Of a stretch of DNA of 64,000 nucleotides, positions 1 through 9,164 are shown piece after piece. Under the pieces are notes generated by a model. The model saw only the letters and a program-made list of their open reading frames with translations, was not told where the DNA came from and did no database searches. This stretch comes from an uncultured virus (IMG/VR IMGVR_UViG_3300027896_000025) (Duplodnaviria > Heunggongvirae > Uroviricota > Caudoviricetes). The position numbers were made by a program, and so were the translations under genes. The stretch lies in IMG/VR virus record IMGVR_UViG_3300027896_000025, one strand, 5' to 3'. Each line of letters opens with the position of its first letter. The stretch's first letter is position 1.

Positions 1-1146
1 GGACTTTTCGACATTGAGACTACGACTCTCGAGCACAACGAAAAGTCCAAAGTACTAGTCATTGGAAATACTCTCCGAAAAGCTGGGACAATCACACGGA
101 AATTGTTTTGTTATGATCAGTACTCAACACAACGAGAACTAATCGACGATTGGTGCAAATGGGTCAGAGAAGTTGATCCTTCAGTACTGATTGGACACAA
201 CGTAGTCATTTTTGACCTTCCGTATCTTAACTTTATCACGCAACGGGAAGGCGGTCAACTCGAGCTAGGACGAGATAGTTCAATGATCCACGTTGACGAC
301 CGAGAATCGAAGCTTAGGAAAGATGGTTCACAATCGTACACGTACCATAAAATACAAATCTACGGTCGAGAGATCTGCGATACTTTTTTCCTCTCATTAA
401 AATGGGACACTGGTCGAAATTTAGAGAATTATAAACTTAAAAATATTGTAACACAATTAGGATTAGAAATTCCCAATCGTCAATTTTATGATGCAGAAAA
501 GATAAAGGATAATTATCAGAATCCAATTGAGTGGAAAAAAATCCAAGAGTATTGTAAATTCGATTCCGATGATGCTTTAAATATTTATGATGAAATGATT
601 CCAGCTTTTTTTTATATAGCACAGAGTGTTCCGAAACCTTTTACAGAAATTATTCAAAGTGCGAGTGGATCGCAAATTAATGCGATGATGATTCGCGGTT
701 ATTTACAGGAAGGATATTCTCTACCACTAGATTCTGAAACTAAAGATTTCGAGGGGGGGATTAGTTTTGGTAGACCAGGGTTATATAAAAATTGTTGGAA
801 AATTGATATTAAATCTTGTTATCCCAGTGCTATCGTAATTAATAAACTTTATAGCAAACTTAAAGATCCACATGGGAATATGTTAAAACTTTGTCAATTT
901 TTTATGGACAAGAGATTCGAATACAAAGCATTAGTAAAAGAAACCAAAGATCCTTATTACACAGCGCTCGATCAATCGGCGAAGATTTTTATTAATTCAA
1001 TTTTTGGATTTTGTTCGGCCCCAGGATTGTTATTTAACGATCCGATTACAGCGGCCAAAATTACAGAGTACGGACGAGAGTATTTAAATTTAGGAGCTAA
1101 GTGGGCAACTGGAAAAAATTTGGAGTATTGGAAAAATGGCGACTAA
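1..1146 (+). CDS. polB: Family B DNA polymerase, N-terminal part (3'-5' exonuclease plus motifs A and B); 5'-truncated by the window edge
   Basis: The frame is open from base 1 (GLFDIETTT = ExoI). Also GHNVVIFDLPYL (ExoII), YCKFD (ExoIII), DIKSCYPS (motif A) and KIFINSIFG (motif B). Motif C is absent. Confidence 0.93.
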   Translation, partial: GLFDIETTTLEHNEKSKVLVIGNTLRKAGTITRKLFCYDQYSTQRELIDDWCKWVREVDPSVLIGHNVVIFDLPYLNFITQREGGQLELGRDSSMIHVDDRESKLRKDGSQSYTYHKIQIYGREICDTFFLSLKWDTGRNLENYKLKNIVTQLGLEIPNRQFYDAEKIKDNYQNPIEWKKIQEYCKFDSDDALNIYDEMIPAFFYIAQSVPKPFTEIIQSASGSQINAMMIRGYLQEGYSLPLDSETKDFEGGISFGRPGLYKNCWKIDIKSCYPSAIVINKLYSKLKDPHGNMLKLCQFFMDKRFEYKALVKETKDPYYTALDQSAKIFINSIFGFCSAPGLLFNDPITAAKITEYGREYLNLGAKWATGKNLEYWKNGD

Positions 1147-1891
1147 AATTAAAAATATTTCTGGTATTAAAAGAAATCATTTAACTGGCGTCCAATTTGA
1201 TCATGTTGATAAATTTGGACAACATTGGTGGATTTTTCAGTGTGATTGCGGAAAAAAGATCGTTCGACCAAAATCACGTTGGACTGTAGGGGATATTCAA
1301 TCATGCGGATGTCAGCGACACTCCAAATTAATTAAAGATATCACAGGACAGAAGTTTAATCGTTTAACTGCCATAAAACGAATTGGAAGAAAGGGCTCGG
1401 CAACGTTTTGGTTATTTCGATGTGATTGTGGAAATGAGAAAGAAATTAATATGTCTTGTGTTATATCCAATACAACAAAGAGTTGTGGCTGTTTATTCCA
1501 AGAATTTTTAGAAGTTCGTAAAAAAGAAATGACACTAGAGGATAGTGTTTATAAAGTTAATCGTCTTCTTGGCGTCTACAAAGGTGGAGCGAAAAGACGA
1601 GGATTCAAATTTCAATTAACTCGGAGTCAATTTCAAAAATTAATTGAGGGCGATTGTTTTTATTGTAATAAATCACCATCAAGTAAAGTCGCATCAACGA
1701 TCGCTCGTAAACCAATGTTCTATAATGGCATAGATCGAATTAATTCTAGTTTAGGCTATACAATTAACAATTGTGTGTCCTGTTGTCCGATTTGTAATCA
1801 GGCTAAAATGGAACAAAAACAGATAGATTTTATTAATTGGATTCGAAGAATTCATAATAATTTATTAACAAAAGGATTGATCGATGCATAA
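1136..1891 (+). CDS. Free-standing HNH-type homing endonuclease inserted in polB
   Basis: Two CDCG...SCGC repeats, then CFYC...GIDRINSSLGYTINNCVSCCPICNQAK. It overlaps both polymerase halves and is AT-rich. Confidence 0.88.
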   Translation: MATKIKNISGIKRNHLTGVQFDHVDKFGQHWWIFQCDCGKKIVRPKSRWTVGDIQSCGCQRHSKLIKDITGQKFNRLTAIKRIGRKGSATFWLFRCDCGNEKEINMSCVISNTTKSCGCLFQEFLEVRKKEMTLEDSVYKVNRLLGVYKGGAKRRGFKFQLTRSQFQKLIEGDCFYCNKSPSSKVASTIARKPMFYNGIDRINSSLGYTINNCVSCCPICNQAKMEQKQIDFINWIRRIHNNLLTKGLIDA

Positions 1892-2558
1892 TTTTTCAAT
1901 TCTCAATGGCGATACAGATTCGATTACTGTTTACAAATCTGATGGAAAAGAATTTACTTCAACCGAAAGACAAAATCTCCTTCAAGAACTTAATTCTATT
2001 TCTCCAGTAGGATTGACCTGGGAAGACGATGGGTACTTTTCCCACGTTTTAGTAGTTAAAGCCAAGAACTACTACCTTGAAACTCCCACTGGCGAGATCA
2101 AGATTCGTGGCTCAGCTTTAAAGTGTTCTATGAAAGAACCAGCTCTAAAGGAATTTGTCCAGAAGTTTATCCAGACGATCGTCCACGGGACAATTGAAGA
2201 TTCCGTCAATCTGTATCATCAGTACTGCCGGGAGATCATGGGATTGATGGACATTTCGCGCTGGTGCTCCCGTAAAACAGTTACAGCATCCGTTCTTTCG
2301 CCTGAACGAACTAACGAGCAGAAGGTACTCGATGCTATTGGAGATGAGGACGTTCAAGAAGGAGATAAACTCTCAGTGTTCTTCGCTGTTGACGGATCGT
2401 TGAAATTACAGGAGAATTGGGTAGCTGATCACGATCCGTACAAACTGTTAGAGAAACTTTGGAAAACAGTGTCGATCTTTGGCACAGTTATTGACGTGAA
2501 ACTGTTTACGAAGTACCATCTTAAAAAGCAACGGGAACTTCTTGACAAAATCCGTTAG
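1884..2558 (+). CDS. polB: Family B DNA polymerase, C-terminal part (palm motif C, thumb)
   Basis: ILNGDTDS (motif C), KAKNYYL, IKIRGS. It has its own SD (AAAGGA) and ATG overlapping the end of the HNH gene. Confidence 0.92.
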   Translation: MHNFSILNGDTDSITVYKSDGKEFTSTERQNLLQELNSISPVGLTWEDDGYFSHVLVVKAKNYYLETPTGEIKIRGSALKCSMKEPALKEFVQKFIQTIVHGTIEDSVNLYHQYCREIMGLMDISRWCSRKTVTASVLSPERTNEQKVLDAIGDEDVQEGDKLSVFFAVDGSLKLQENWVADHDPYKLLEKLWKTVSIFGTVIDVKLFTKYHLKKQRELLDKIR

Positions 2559-2570
2559 TTGTAGTACACT
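2542..2570 (+). promoter_or_regulatory. sigma70-type promoter
   Basis: TTGACA-17 nt-TACACT; a GTG start follows 6 nt after the -10. Confidence 0.75.
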
Positions 2571-2576
2571 TAAATC

Positions 2577-2763
2577 GTGATTGTAGTAGACGATCTTAGT
2601 AGTTACAATTTAGCAGATTTATTAGGTTCAAAAGTTATTGGTAAAATTTCGAGTGATTTAGCACACATAATTTCATGTAATTTCATGGAAAATTGAATCA
2701 ACAGAATCGGATGAAAGATTACTTAAGATAACAGAAAAATTTTTACAATCGGAAGAGTTATGA
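2577..2763 (+). pseudogene. Small EE[LIV]-terminus ORF frameshifted by a 10-bp tandem duplication
   Basis: taatttcatg occurs twice (2668-2687). Removing one copy restores MIVVDDL...KFLQSEEL*, with the stop overlapping the next ATG. Confidence 0.7.
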
Positions 2764-2921
2764 TAAGTAGACCCTTATGTTATCAAAATCTTTTTTGGCA
2801 ATACGGAACACTTATTGAATTTATGAAATTATACGATAACGGAACCGATTGGGCGTATCTTATTAGGTTGGTACTTGAAGACGAATTACTACACGAGGAC
2901 TATGAACTGTATGAATCTTAA
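2760..2921 (+). CDS. Small hypothetical protein (53 aa; not in ORF track)
   Basis: ATGA overlap with the upstream ORF; MISRPLCYQ...HEDYELYES. Confidence 0.55.
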   Translation: MISRPLCYQNLFWQYGTLIEFMKLYDNGTDWAYLIRLVLEDELLHEDYELYES

Positions 2922-3312
2922 AACTAAATTCCATCACGTCCTTCAACCTCACCGTTCCCGCTGCACAGTTGCAGTTTCAGTACCCAGTAAACAAGATCTC
3001 CTAACGATGATGAACACGCTGTTCGTCGATTGCGAGAACACGGGATTCGCTGGAACGTTGGGAATCGCCAAGACGCATCCGAAAGATAACTACAACCACA
3101 AGGTCGGTCGAGAAACTGCGTTGAAAAACTCGTCTGCAGTATACTATCATTTAATGACAGTTGAGCGTTGTAAATCTGGAACGTTGTTCAAGTTCATGAT
3201 TCATAACTTGGAGAAAACAGTTTCGTTACTGGAAGTTAATTTCTTAGTTCAGGCTGGTAAAGATGTTGTTCATATTCAGTTTATAAACACTGTGAGGATT
3301 AAACGTGTTTAG
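2902..3312 (+). CDS. Hypothetical protein (start probably 2902 or 2911, not 2875)
   Basis: GAGG SD lies before ATG 2902; contains HPKDNYNHKVGRETAL. Confidence 0.65.
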   Translation: MNCMNLKTKFHHVLQPHRSRCTVAVSVPSKQDLLTMMNTLFVDCENTGFAGTLGIAKTHPKDNYNHKVGRETALKNSSAVYYHLMTVERCKSGTLFKFMIHNLEKTVSLLEVNFLVQAGKDVVHIQFINTVRIKRV

Positions 3313-3472
3313 TTCTAAATTAGAACAGATACTTTTTAATAAAATGTATGAATGGAGTTTTGTAGTTAATCCAAATCGAATAGGATTTCAACAGATTTAT
3401 CCACAACTACACTACATGGTTTTAGAACTTCAGGATAATATTTTCAGGCAAATTCGTGGTGAGGAATTGTAA
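3305..3472 (+). CDS. Small EE[LIV]-terminus protein (55 aa)
   Basis: GTG start after GAGG; MFSSKLEQ...QIRGEEL*; TAATG coupling to the next ORF. Confidence 0.65.
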   Translation: MFSSKLEQILFNKMYEWSFVVNPNRIGFQQIYPQLHYMVLELQDNIFRQIRGEEL

Positions 3473-3648
3473 TGGGAGGATTTGACTTTCGGAGTTTCAC
3501 TCAATTACTCGATTGGTTATACGTATGGTCAATAAATAATTTAGAGTACCGAGTATTCAATAAACTGGATCGAAAATTCTCAAAAAATTTTCACGAGGAT
3601 TTAAATGTAGGTATTATAGTGGATTATTTAGGAGATGAGGAACTGTGA
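3472..3648 (+). CDS. Small EE[LIV]-terminus protein (58 aa)
   Basis: MGGFDFRS...YLGDEEL*; coupled at both ends. Confidence 0.65.
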   Translation: MGGFDFRSFTQLLDWLYVWSINNLEYRVFNKLDRKFSKNFHEDLNVGIIVDYLGDEEL

Positions 3649-3800
3649 ATCGTAACAACAAATCAACTTGCACATTCGGAATTGATTTATGGTGCATGTT
3701 TGTAACTCAACCGTACAGGGTGAATTACTTAGTTCGAAGAATGAACAGACGAGCTTGGCGAATGATGCACTTCGCGTACAAAATCTCAGACGATTGTTAA
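3645..3800 (+). CDS. Small hypothetical protein (51 aa)
   Basis: GTGA overlap, SD GAGG, open frame to TAA 3798-3800. Confidence 0.5.
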   Translation: MNRNNKSTCTFGIDLWCMFVTQPYRVNYLVRRMNRRAWRMMHFAYKISDDC

Positions 3801-3809
3801 GGAGAGATC

Positions 3810-4790
3810 ATGGGAAATTTTCGACTTAAAAAAATTACTGATCTCAAGAAAGTGAGTCTTGAAGACATAATCCCTGAATCTGATTACTCATTAGTAACTA
3901 ATCAAGATAAATTTCTCCAATGGGAATTCGTTAAAGATGAAGAGAAGCTTGAGCCGAGAGATGTAAAGCCGGGCATCTGGACAATTACCAAAACATTAGC
4001 AGGACTTTCTTTATCTCCAACTTCATTTACTAAAGAGAACGTGTTAGAAGAGTACTCCGCAACTCGGGATATTTCGGACAGGATTCACAAGTTCTTCAGC
4101 AACACAGAAATGTACAAAAAGTACGGAGTGTTTCCAAAACGAGGAATCTTGTTGTACGGTTCGGCAGGATTAGGAAAATCAGTAGCAATTGGAAAAGTCT
4201 GTAAAGATCTTGAAGCCAATAAAGATACCTGCATCATCGTTTGGAACACCGATAAATTTGACGCAAGCGAGATTAACTCGTTTGTTAAATCGTTTGACTA
4301 TTCGAAGCACAAAGTTAAGAAGTTCGTTCTGGTTGTGGAGGACATAGGCGGATTTGAGATGGATCAGATCAGGATGAAGTCTGACAGTAGTTTACTAGCT
4401 CTCCTTGACAACGTTGAACAGACGTTCAAGATTCCAACCGTTGTGATAGCTACTACGAACTTCATTACAAACTTCCTCGAGAACTTAACAAATCGACCTG
4501 GAAGATTTGACGACAAGATCGAGATTAAGCCGCCATCTCCAACGGCGAGAGCTAAGTTTCTGGAATTCTTTAGTAACTCAGAAGCGACCACCGAAGACTT
4601 GGATGAGATTAAATCAAAAGAATACAATAAATTCAGCATAGCGCACGTCAAGGAAGCGTTTATCCGCTCTAGGATCTACGGAATCAGTCTAGTTGATAGC
4701 ATACGTCAGATTGACTCAGAGATTAGGCTTTACGAGAAGGCTTTCCAGGATAAGATCAAACGTATGGGACTTAGTGGATTGGATGACTAA
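3810..4790 (+). CDS. AAA+ ATPase
   Basis: Walker A GSAGLGKS, Walker B VVEDI, sensor-1 ATTN, second region of homology NRPGRFD. Confidence 0.9.
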   Translation: MGNFRLKKITDLKKVSLEDIIPESDYSLVTNQDKFLQWEFVKDEEKLEPRDVKPGIWTITKTLAGLSLSPTSFTKENVLEEYSATRDISDRIHKFFSNTEMYKKYGVFPKRGILLYGSAGLGKSVAIGKVCKDLEANKDTCIIVWNTDKFDASEINSFVKSFDYSKHKVKKFVLVVEDIGGFEMDQIRMKSDSSLLALLDNVEQTFKIPTVVIATTNFITNFLENLTNRPGRFDDKIEIKPPSPTARAKFLEFFSNSEATTEDLDEIKSKEYNKFSIAHVKEAFIRSRIYGISLVDSIRQIDSEIRLYEKAFQDKIKRMGLSGLDD

Positions 4791-5017
4791 TGGCTGAGAC
4801 GTTTAACATTTCAATCTACAAAATCTCTAAAGCGATGATGAAAGACATCCCAAAACTACTTAATTTACTTGACAAAACACATGAAAACATGTTAGAATTT
4901 AGACAGTACAGTGAGATAAGAAAGCTCATCTCAAAGGTACAGGAGACAAAACAGGAGATGGAACAAGTGCTACTGAACGCCAAGAAAGTCCGAGACATTA
5001 AAGGAAGAATCGAATGA
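4790..5017 (+). CDS. Hypothetical protein
   Basis: Coupled ORF (TAATG start, ATGA end). Confidence 0.65.
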   Translation: MAETFNISIYKISKAMMKDIPKLLNLLDKTHENMLEFRQYSEIRKLISKVQETKQEMEQVLLNAKKVRDIKGRIE

Positions 5018-5805
5018 AGAATAAAAATGGACCGAGAATACTTGTCCTTGATATTGAAACGTCTCCGATTATTTCGTATACCTGGGGGTTGTTCGATCAA
5101 AATATCGCTTTGAATCAAGTTGTACAGGATTCTTACGTTATTGCGTGGGCAGCAAAATGGTTAGGCGATCCTGATTCAAAGATCGTGTACATGGATCAGC
5201 GTAACTCAAAAGATTTCTCAAATGATAAGAAGTTCCTAACTCCAATCTGGGAACTGCTAAACGAAGCCGATGTTCTGTTAACGCAGAACGGTGTTCGTTT
5301 CGATGAGAAGAAACTCAACGCTCGATTTGTTCAACAGGGAATGAAGCCGCCAGCTCCATACAAATCGATTGATACTCTGAAGATCGTGAAGAAGAAGTTC
5401 TCATTCCTTAGTAACAAACTTGAACACATGACTAAGATTCTTTGTAAAAAGCATCAGAAAACTAAGTCAAAGAAGTACCCCGGATTTGAACTTTGGAAAG
5501 AATGTCTCGCTGGAAATAAAGACGCTTGGAATGAGATGAAGGCTTACAACATTAAAGATGTGTTGTCGTTAGAAGATCTGTATCTCCAACTCCAAGCATG
5601 GGACCACACAATCGACTTCAATCTCTTCACTGACGACCCAGAGATTCGTTGCAACTGTGGTGGAACTCATTTTGAGAAACGAGGATTCAACGTTTCAGCT
5701 GCTGGAAGATTCCAACGGTACCAGTGTTTAGACTGTGGTAAATGGACTAGTAGTAAAAAGAACTTGTTGCCAAAAGAAAAGCGTGCATCTCTCCGAAAGG
5801 CGTGA
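5014..5805 (+). CDS. DnaQ/RNase H-like 3'-5' exonuclease with C-terminal Zn ribbon
   Basis: LDIETS, QNGVRFD, YNIKDV (DEDDy); CNCG...CLDCG. Confidence 0.85.
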   Translation: MKNKNGPRILVLDIETSPIISYTWGLFDQNIALNQVVQDSYVIAWAAKWLGDPDSKIVYMDQRNSKDFSNDKKFLTPIWELLNEADVLLTQNGVRFDEKKLNARFVQQGMKPPAPYKSIDTLKIVKKKFSFLSNKLEHMTKILCKKHQKTKSKKYPGFELWKECLAGNKDAWNEMKAYNIKDVLSLEDLYLQLQAWDHTIDFNLFTDDPEIRCNCGGTHFEKRGFNVSAAGRFQRYQCLDCGKWTSSKKNLLPKEKRASLRKA

Positions 5806-5960
5806 TTGTGAAGTTAAGCCTTGAGTTGTACGAACGATTAGACTATCTGAATACTCCTCAAGTTTCAGCTACTGAGTTCTACGGAGATTTGTACTGGTCT
5901 CGAGTTTTTGGTTATTTGTTACTTAACTCCAAAGAAGAACTTAAACTGGAGGAGTTGTGA
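5802..5960 (+). CDS. Small EE[LIV]-terminus protein (about 52 aa)
   Basis: GTGA overlaps at both ends; ends KEELKLEEL*. Confidence 0.6.
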   Translation: MIVKLSLELYERLDYLNTPQVSATEFYGDLYWSRVFGYLLLNSKEELKLEEL

Positions 5961-6262
5961 AACTTTCCGTGTTAGGGTATCCTTGGCAGATTAAACTCCT
6001 TGATCCTGAAGAGTTCAAGGAGAAATTTGGTAAGGGATTAGCTATCACTGATACTGATACGCAAGAGATTCACATCCGATCTGACGAGTTTACTAAACGG
6101 ATTGTTTGCCACGAAATCGCTCATGCGTTTATGCACTATGCTTGTACTGAGGAACTGAATCTTCACGGAGAAAAGGCTGAGGAGTTCTTTTGCGACTTCA
6201 TTGGGATTCATGGCGAAGAGATCATCAGACTTACAAAATTAGTAATGAGGAGACTGAAATGA
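5957..6262 (+). CDS. Small zincin-like metallopeptidase-domain protein
   Basis: HEIAH (HExxH) followed by EEFFCD. Confidence 0.7.
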   Translation: MKLSVLGYPWQIKLLDPEEFKEKFGKGLAITDTDTQEIHIRSDEFTKRIVCHEIAHAFMHYACTEELNLHGEKAEEFFCDFIGIHGEEIIRLTKLVMRRLK

Positions 6263-6468
6263 AGTTATTTTTTGGAGCGATATACTTAGTGTCAGGATTG
6301 TTTCTCGGTGCGTTTATTTGTAGTTGGTCTTATCAAGATATGAATCAAAAAATGTACATCGCCGGATGTTCTGATACTATGACCCAGATCGCCCGTAAAG
6401 GTAATGTTCAGATTCCTGGCTGGGTTATCAATGAATTCTGTAAAAATGAGTACGCTTTAAGAAAATAG
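6259..6468 (+). CDS. Small membrane protein (start likely ATG 6259)
   Basis: GAGGAG SD, then the hydrophobic N-terminus MKLFFGAIYLVSGLFLGAF. Confidence 0.6.
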   Translation: MKLFFGAIYLVSGLFLGAFICSWSYQDMNQKMYIAGCSDTMTQIARKGNVQIPGWVINEFCKNEYALRK

Positions 6469-6476
6469 GAGATAAC

Positions 6477-6749
6477 ATGCCGTACATAAAACAGTCCGAC
6501 CGAGACGATCTTGGTGAAATTGTTAAAGCGATTAATAAATTCGCACCCGAGAACGCAGGACAACTGAATTACTTGTTCACTGTTATGGCCCGAAGATACT
6601 TACTTGAACGTGGGAAGAACTACCAACACATCAACGATATCGTTGGAGCGTTAGAAGGTTGTAAACTCGAAATGTACCGAACGATTGTTGGGAGTTACGA
6701 AGATCAGAAGATCTTAGAAAATGGCGACGTGGAGACGATTGTTAAATGA
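6477..6749 (+). CDS. Conserved phage protein (MPYIKQ...G.LNY...GALE.CKLE.YR type; DUF6899-like)
   Basis: Recognisable motif pattern; strong SD. Confidence 0.7.
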   Translation: MPYIKQSDRDDLGEIVKAINKFAPENAGQLNYLFTVMARRYLLERGKNYQHINDIVGALEGCKLEMYRTIVGSYEDQKILENGDVETIVK

Positions 6750-7033
6750 CAAAAAGTAAATCTCATCATTCCGAGTTGGATCAACTCAGGGAAGAACTGC
6801 GTGACGCGAAGTCAACGATTAAACGATTGCAACGTGAACTAGCTCAAGCATCTCGTGGACTTTCTAGATTAGATGACTTAGAAGAGTTACTAAAAGATGA
6901 AGGAACAATCGAGATCGGATTAACCGCTAATACTACTAAACGATGTTCCGAATGTAAAGCTGTTGAAGGATTTGTTGGTGGAAAAATGAAGATCATCCAT
7001 CGGGCAGATTGTCCCAATAGAAAGAAACGATGA
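6746..7033 (+). CDS. Coiled-coil protein with C-terminal Zn-binding motif
   Basis: Heptad N-terminus; CSEC...HRADC. Confidence 0.6.
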   Translation: MTKSKSHHSELDQLREELRDAKSTIKRLQRELAQASRGLSRLDDLEELLKDEGTIEIGLTANTTKRCSECKAVEGFVGGKMKIIHRADCPNRKKR

Positions 7034-7629
7034 AACATTGTGCTAACAAGGATTGTAAACAAAACAATCCTCAGCCTTTAGAAAATTTTTGGAATGATAA
7101 GTCGAGAAAGACAGGATTAGCTAGTCGATGTAAATCGTGCAAAAAACTTGAAAGTAAAAGATGGAGAGAATCTCATGTTGAAGAAAGAGCAAAGTACCAA
7201 CTAGAATTTAAAAAGACACATAAAAAATATCTTCAGAATTATTTAGCTGATTATTATCGAGAAAATAAAGAGGAAAGAAAAGATCAAGTTTATCAATGGA
7301 GAAAAAAACACCCAACTTATACAAGTGAATACTACTACGCAAATAAAGAATTAATGTCTAAACAAAATCGAGAATGGCAAATTGCAAACGCTTCTCATTT
7401 GGCAGCTAAAGAAGCTAAACGTAGATCAGATAAACTTCAAGCAACGCCAAAATGGTTAACTTTAGAACAGCTTCAAGAGATTCAAAATATCTACGATCAA
7501 TGTCCAAAAGATTACCATGTTGATCATATTATTCCATTAAAAGGAAAAAGTGTTCGAGGACTTCATGTTCCTTGGAATCTTCAAATTCTTTATAGCATTG
7601 ATAATATCAAGAAATCGAATAAATTATGA
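7030..7629 (+). CDS. HNH homing endonuclease
   Basis: Zn-finger N-terminus; ATPKW...HVDHIIPLKGKSVRGLHVPWNLQIL...N. Confidence 0.9.
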   Translation: MKHCANKDCKQNNPQPLENFWNDKSRKTGLASRCKSCKKLESKRWRESHVEERAKYQLEFKKTHKKYLQNYLADYYRENKEERKDQVYQWRKKHPTYTSEYYYANKELMSKQNREWQIANASHLAAKEAKRRSDKLQATPKWLTLEQLQEIQNIYDQCPKDYHVDHIIPLKGKSVRGLHVPWNLQILYSIDNIKKSNKL

Positions 7630-7967
7630 ATAGAAATGATAGAAACAGTTATCTTCTTAGGACATATGGAATAACTATTAAACAGTATGAAGAGTTATTG
7701 GAAAAACAAGACCATAGATGTGCGATTTGTGGTCGTCACGAATCTGAATTCTCTCGTAGTTTACATGTTGATCACGACCATGCCACTGGAAAAGTCCGTG
7801 GTTTATTAGACTATTATTGTAATCGTAGGGTAGTTGGTAGAAATAATGAAAAAACAGTCAGACAATTAGTAACTTATATTCTACCAGAATTTTCTTTAAT
7901 TTTAACAAAAGAACTTGACGAACTCAAGAAAGTATGCAATAATCGTACTAGAAAGGTTAAGAAATGA
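7626..7967 (+). CDS. Recombination endonuclease VII family protein
   Basis: YGIT...Q..RCAIC...LHVDHDHATGKVRGLL...CN. Confidence 0.9.
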   Translation: MNRNDRNSYLLRTYGITIKQYEELLEKQDHRCAICGRHESEFSRSLHVDHDHATGKVRGLLDYYCNRRVVGRNNEKTVRQLVTYILPEFSLILTKELDELKKVCNNRTRKVKK

Positions 7968-8257
7968 GGTCAACCATTACTACAATTCTCAAAACTCTTA
8001 AAACGCTTGGGCTTCTAAAAGACAACAACAAGATTAGTATCACAAATTTAGTAGTTTATGTGTTTGTGGGTTTAACAGCATTTAAAACCCTGTTCGCTGG
8101 CGCAGATCTAAGTTACGCTCATTTAACCTGGAAAGTTCAACCACTAGATCTTTCATCAACCATGCCGATGCTTTTTTCATTGCTGAACTACGGCCATAAA
8201 CGACAAATCGCTTCTACAACTCCCGCAACTCAAACGGAAGGAACTCCCGATGCTTGA
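7964..8257 (+). CDS. Membrane protein (holin-like)
   Basis: KISITNLVVYVFVGLTAF transmembrane segment and a second hydrophobic segment before YGHKR. Confidence 0.5.
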   Translation: MRSTITTILKTLKTLGLLKDNNKISITNLVVYVFVGLTAFKTLFAGADLSYAHLTWKVQPLDLSSTMPMLFSLLNYGHKRQIASTTPATQTEGTPDA

Positions 8258-9164
8258 AAAGTTACAGAATCTTAGTTTTACAACGATGCTTTCAATTGTA
8301 GTGTTGTTATTCGCGACACTGTTTTTCTGTACGATTGAAGGAAAACACGATCCTATTCCTGCAACTGTTGCAATTACGACGCTTGCGATGACTTCCGGTG
8401 GAACTGGAGTTGTTGTTAAGAGTCATAAATCATACTCAACAATCCTAACCAATTCCCATGTTTGTCGATTGATTGTTAGTAATGGCGGTGGAGTTGTAAC
8501 GACTCAACGAGGCGAGGAACTATTGGTCAACGGTTACAAAATGGACGTAGATCATGATCTGTGTTTAATTAAAGTTAATCACAATCTTGGAATTAATACA
8601 GTAGTAGCATCTCACGCTCCAACTCCGTACTACGAGCACGCTACAATTTCTGGACATCCATCTCTGTATCCAACAGTGCTTACTCAAGGACATTTCTCTG
8701 GATTCGCAATGGTTCCAGTCGCAACAGGAATTGAACCTTGTACTCCAAAAGAGGAACAGGATAACCCATTCGTTTGCTTGTTACTAGGTGGTAAGCCAAT
8801 CATTAAGATCTATGAATCACAACTCGTCAGTGCGACGATCATGGCTGGCTCATCTGGTAGCGCAGTTTACAACGAGCACGGAGAACTTAGTAACTTAGTG
8901 TTCGCTGGCAGCGGTGGACTGAGTTATGCTTGGACAGTTCCGTATTACGCTGTTCGTAGTTTCTTGGATAACTCAGTTAAAAAAGAATGGATCAACATGC
9001 CAGTTCCAAATTTGCAAGCTCCGACTCCAACTTCAGACGATCATAAAGCAGCATTCGATAAACTCCGCGAAGCTTGTAAGAATCCTGTGAACCGTAATAA
9101 ACTTGGTCTTCTGTGCCGAGTTCAATCAGATCTGATTTGGAGAGACAATGACGATAACAACTAA
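8250..9164 (+). CDS. Membrane-anchored trypsin-like serine protease
   Basis: N-terminal TM; catalytic triad TNSHVC / HDLC / GSSGS. Confidence 0.88.
   Translation: MLEKLQNLSFTTMLSIVVLLFATLFFCTIEGKHDPIPATVAITTLAMTSGGTGVVVKSHKSYSTILTNSHVCRLIVSNGGGVVTTQRGEELLVNGYKMDVDHDLCLIKVNHNLGINTVVASHAPTPYYEHATISGHPSLYPTVLTQGHFSGFAMVPVATGIEPCTPKEEQDNPFVCLLLGGKPIIKIYESQLVSATIMAGSSGSAVYNEHGELSNLVFAGSGGLSYAWTVPYYAVRSFLDNSVKKEWINMPVPNLQAPTPTSDDHKAAFDKLREACKNPVNRNKLGLLCRVQSDLIWRDNDDNN

Noticed and set aside
1147..1883. Group I/II intron or intein in polB
   Set aside because: The HNH ORF occupies the whole gap with overlaps at both ends, no intron core is visible, and it is out of frame with no Cys/His-Asn splice residues.
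3810..4790. Phage-encoded sigma54 activator (bEBP)
   Set aside because: It is an AAA+ ATPase of the classic NRPGRFD type, with no GAFTGA loop and no C-terminal HTH.
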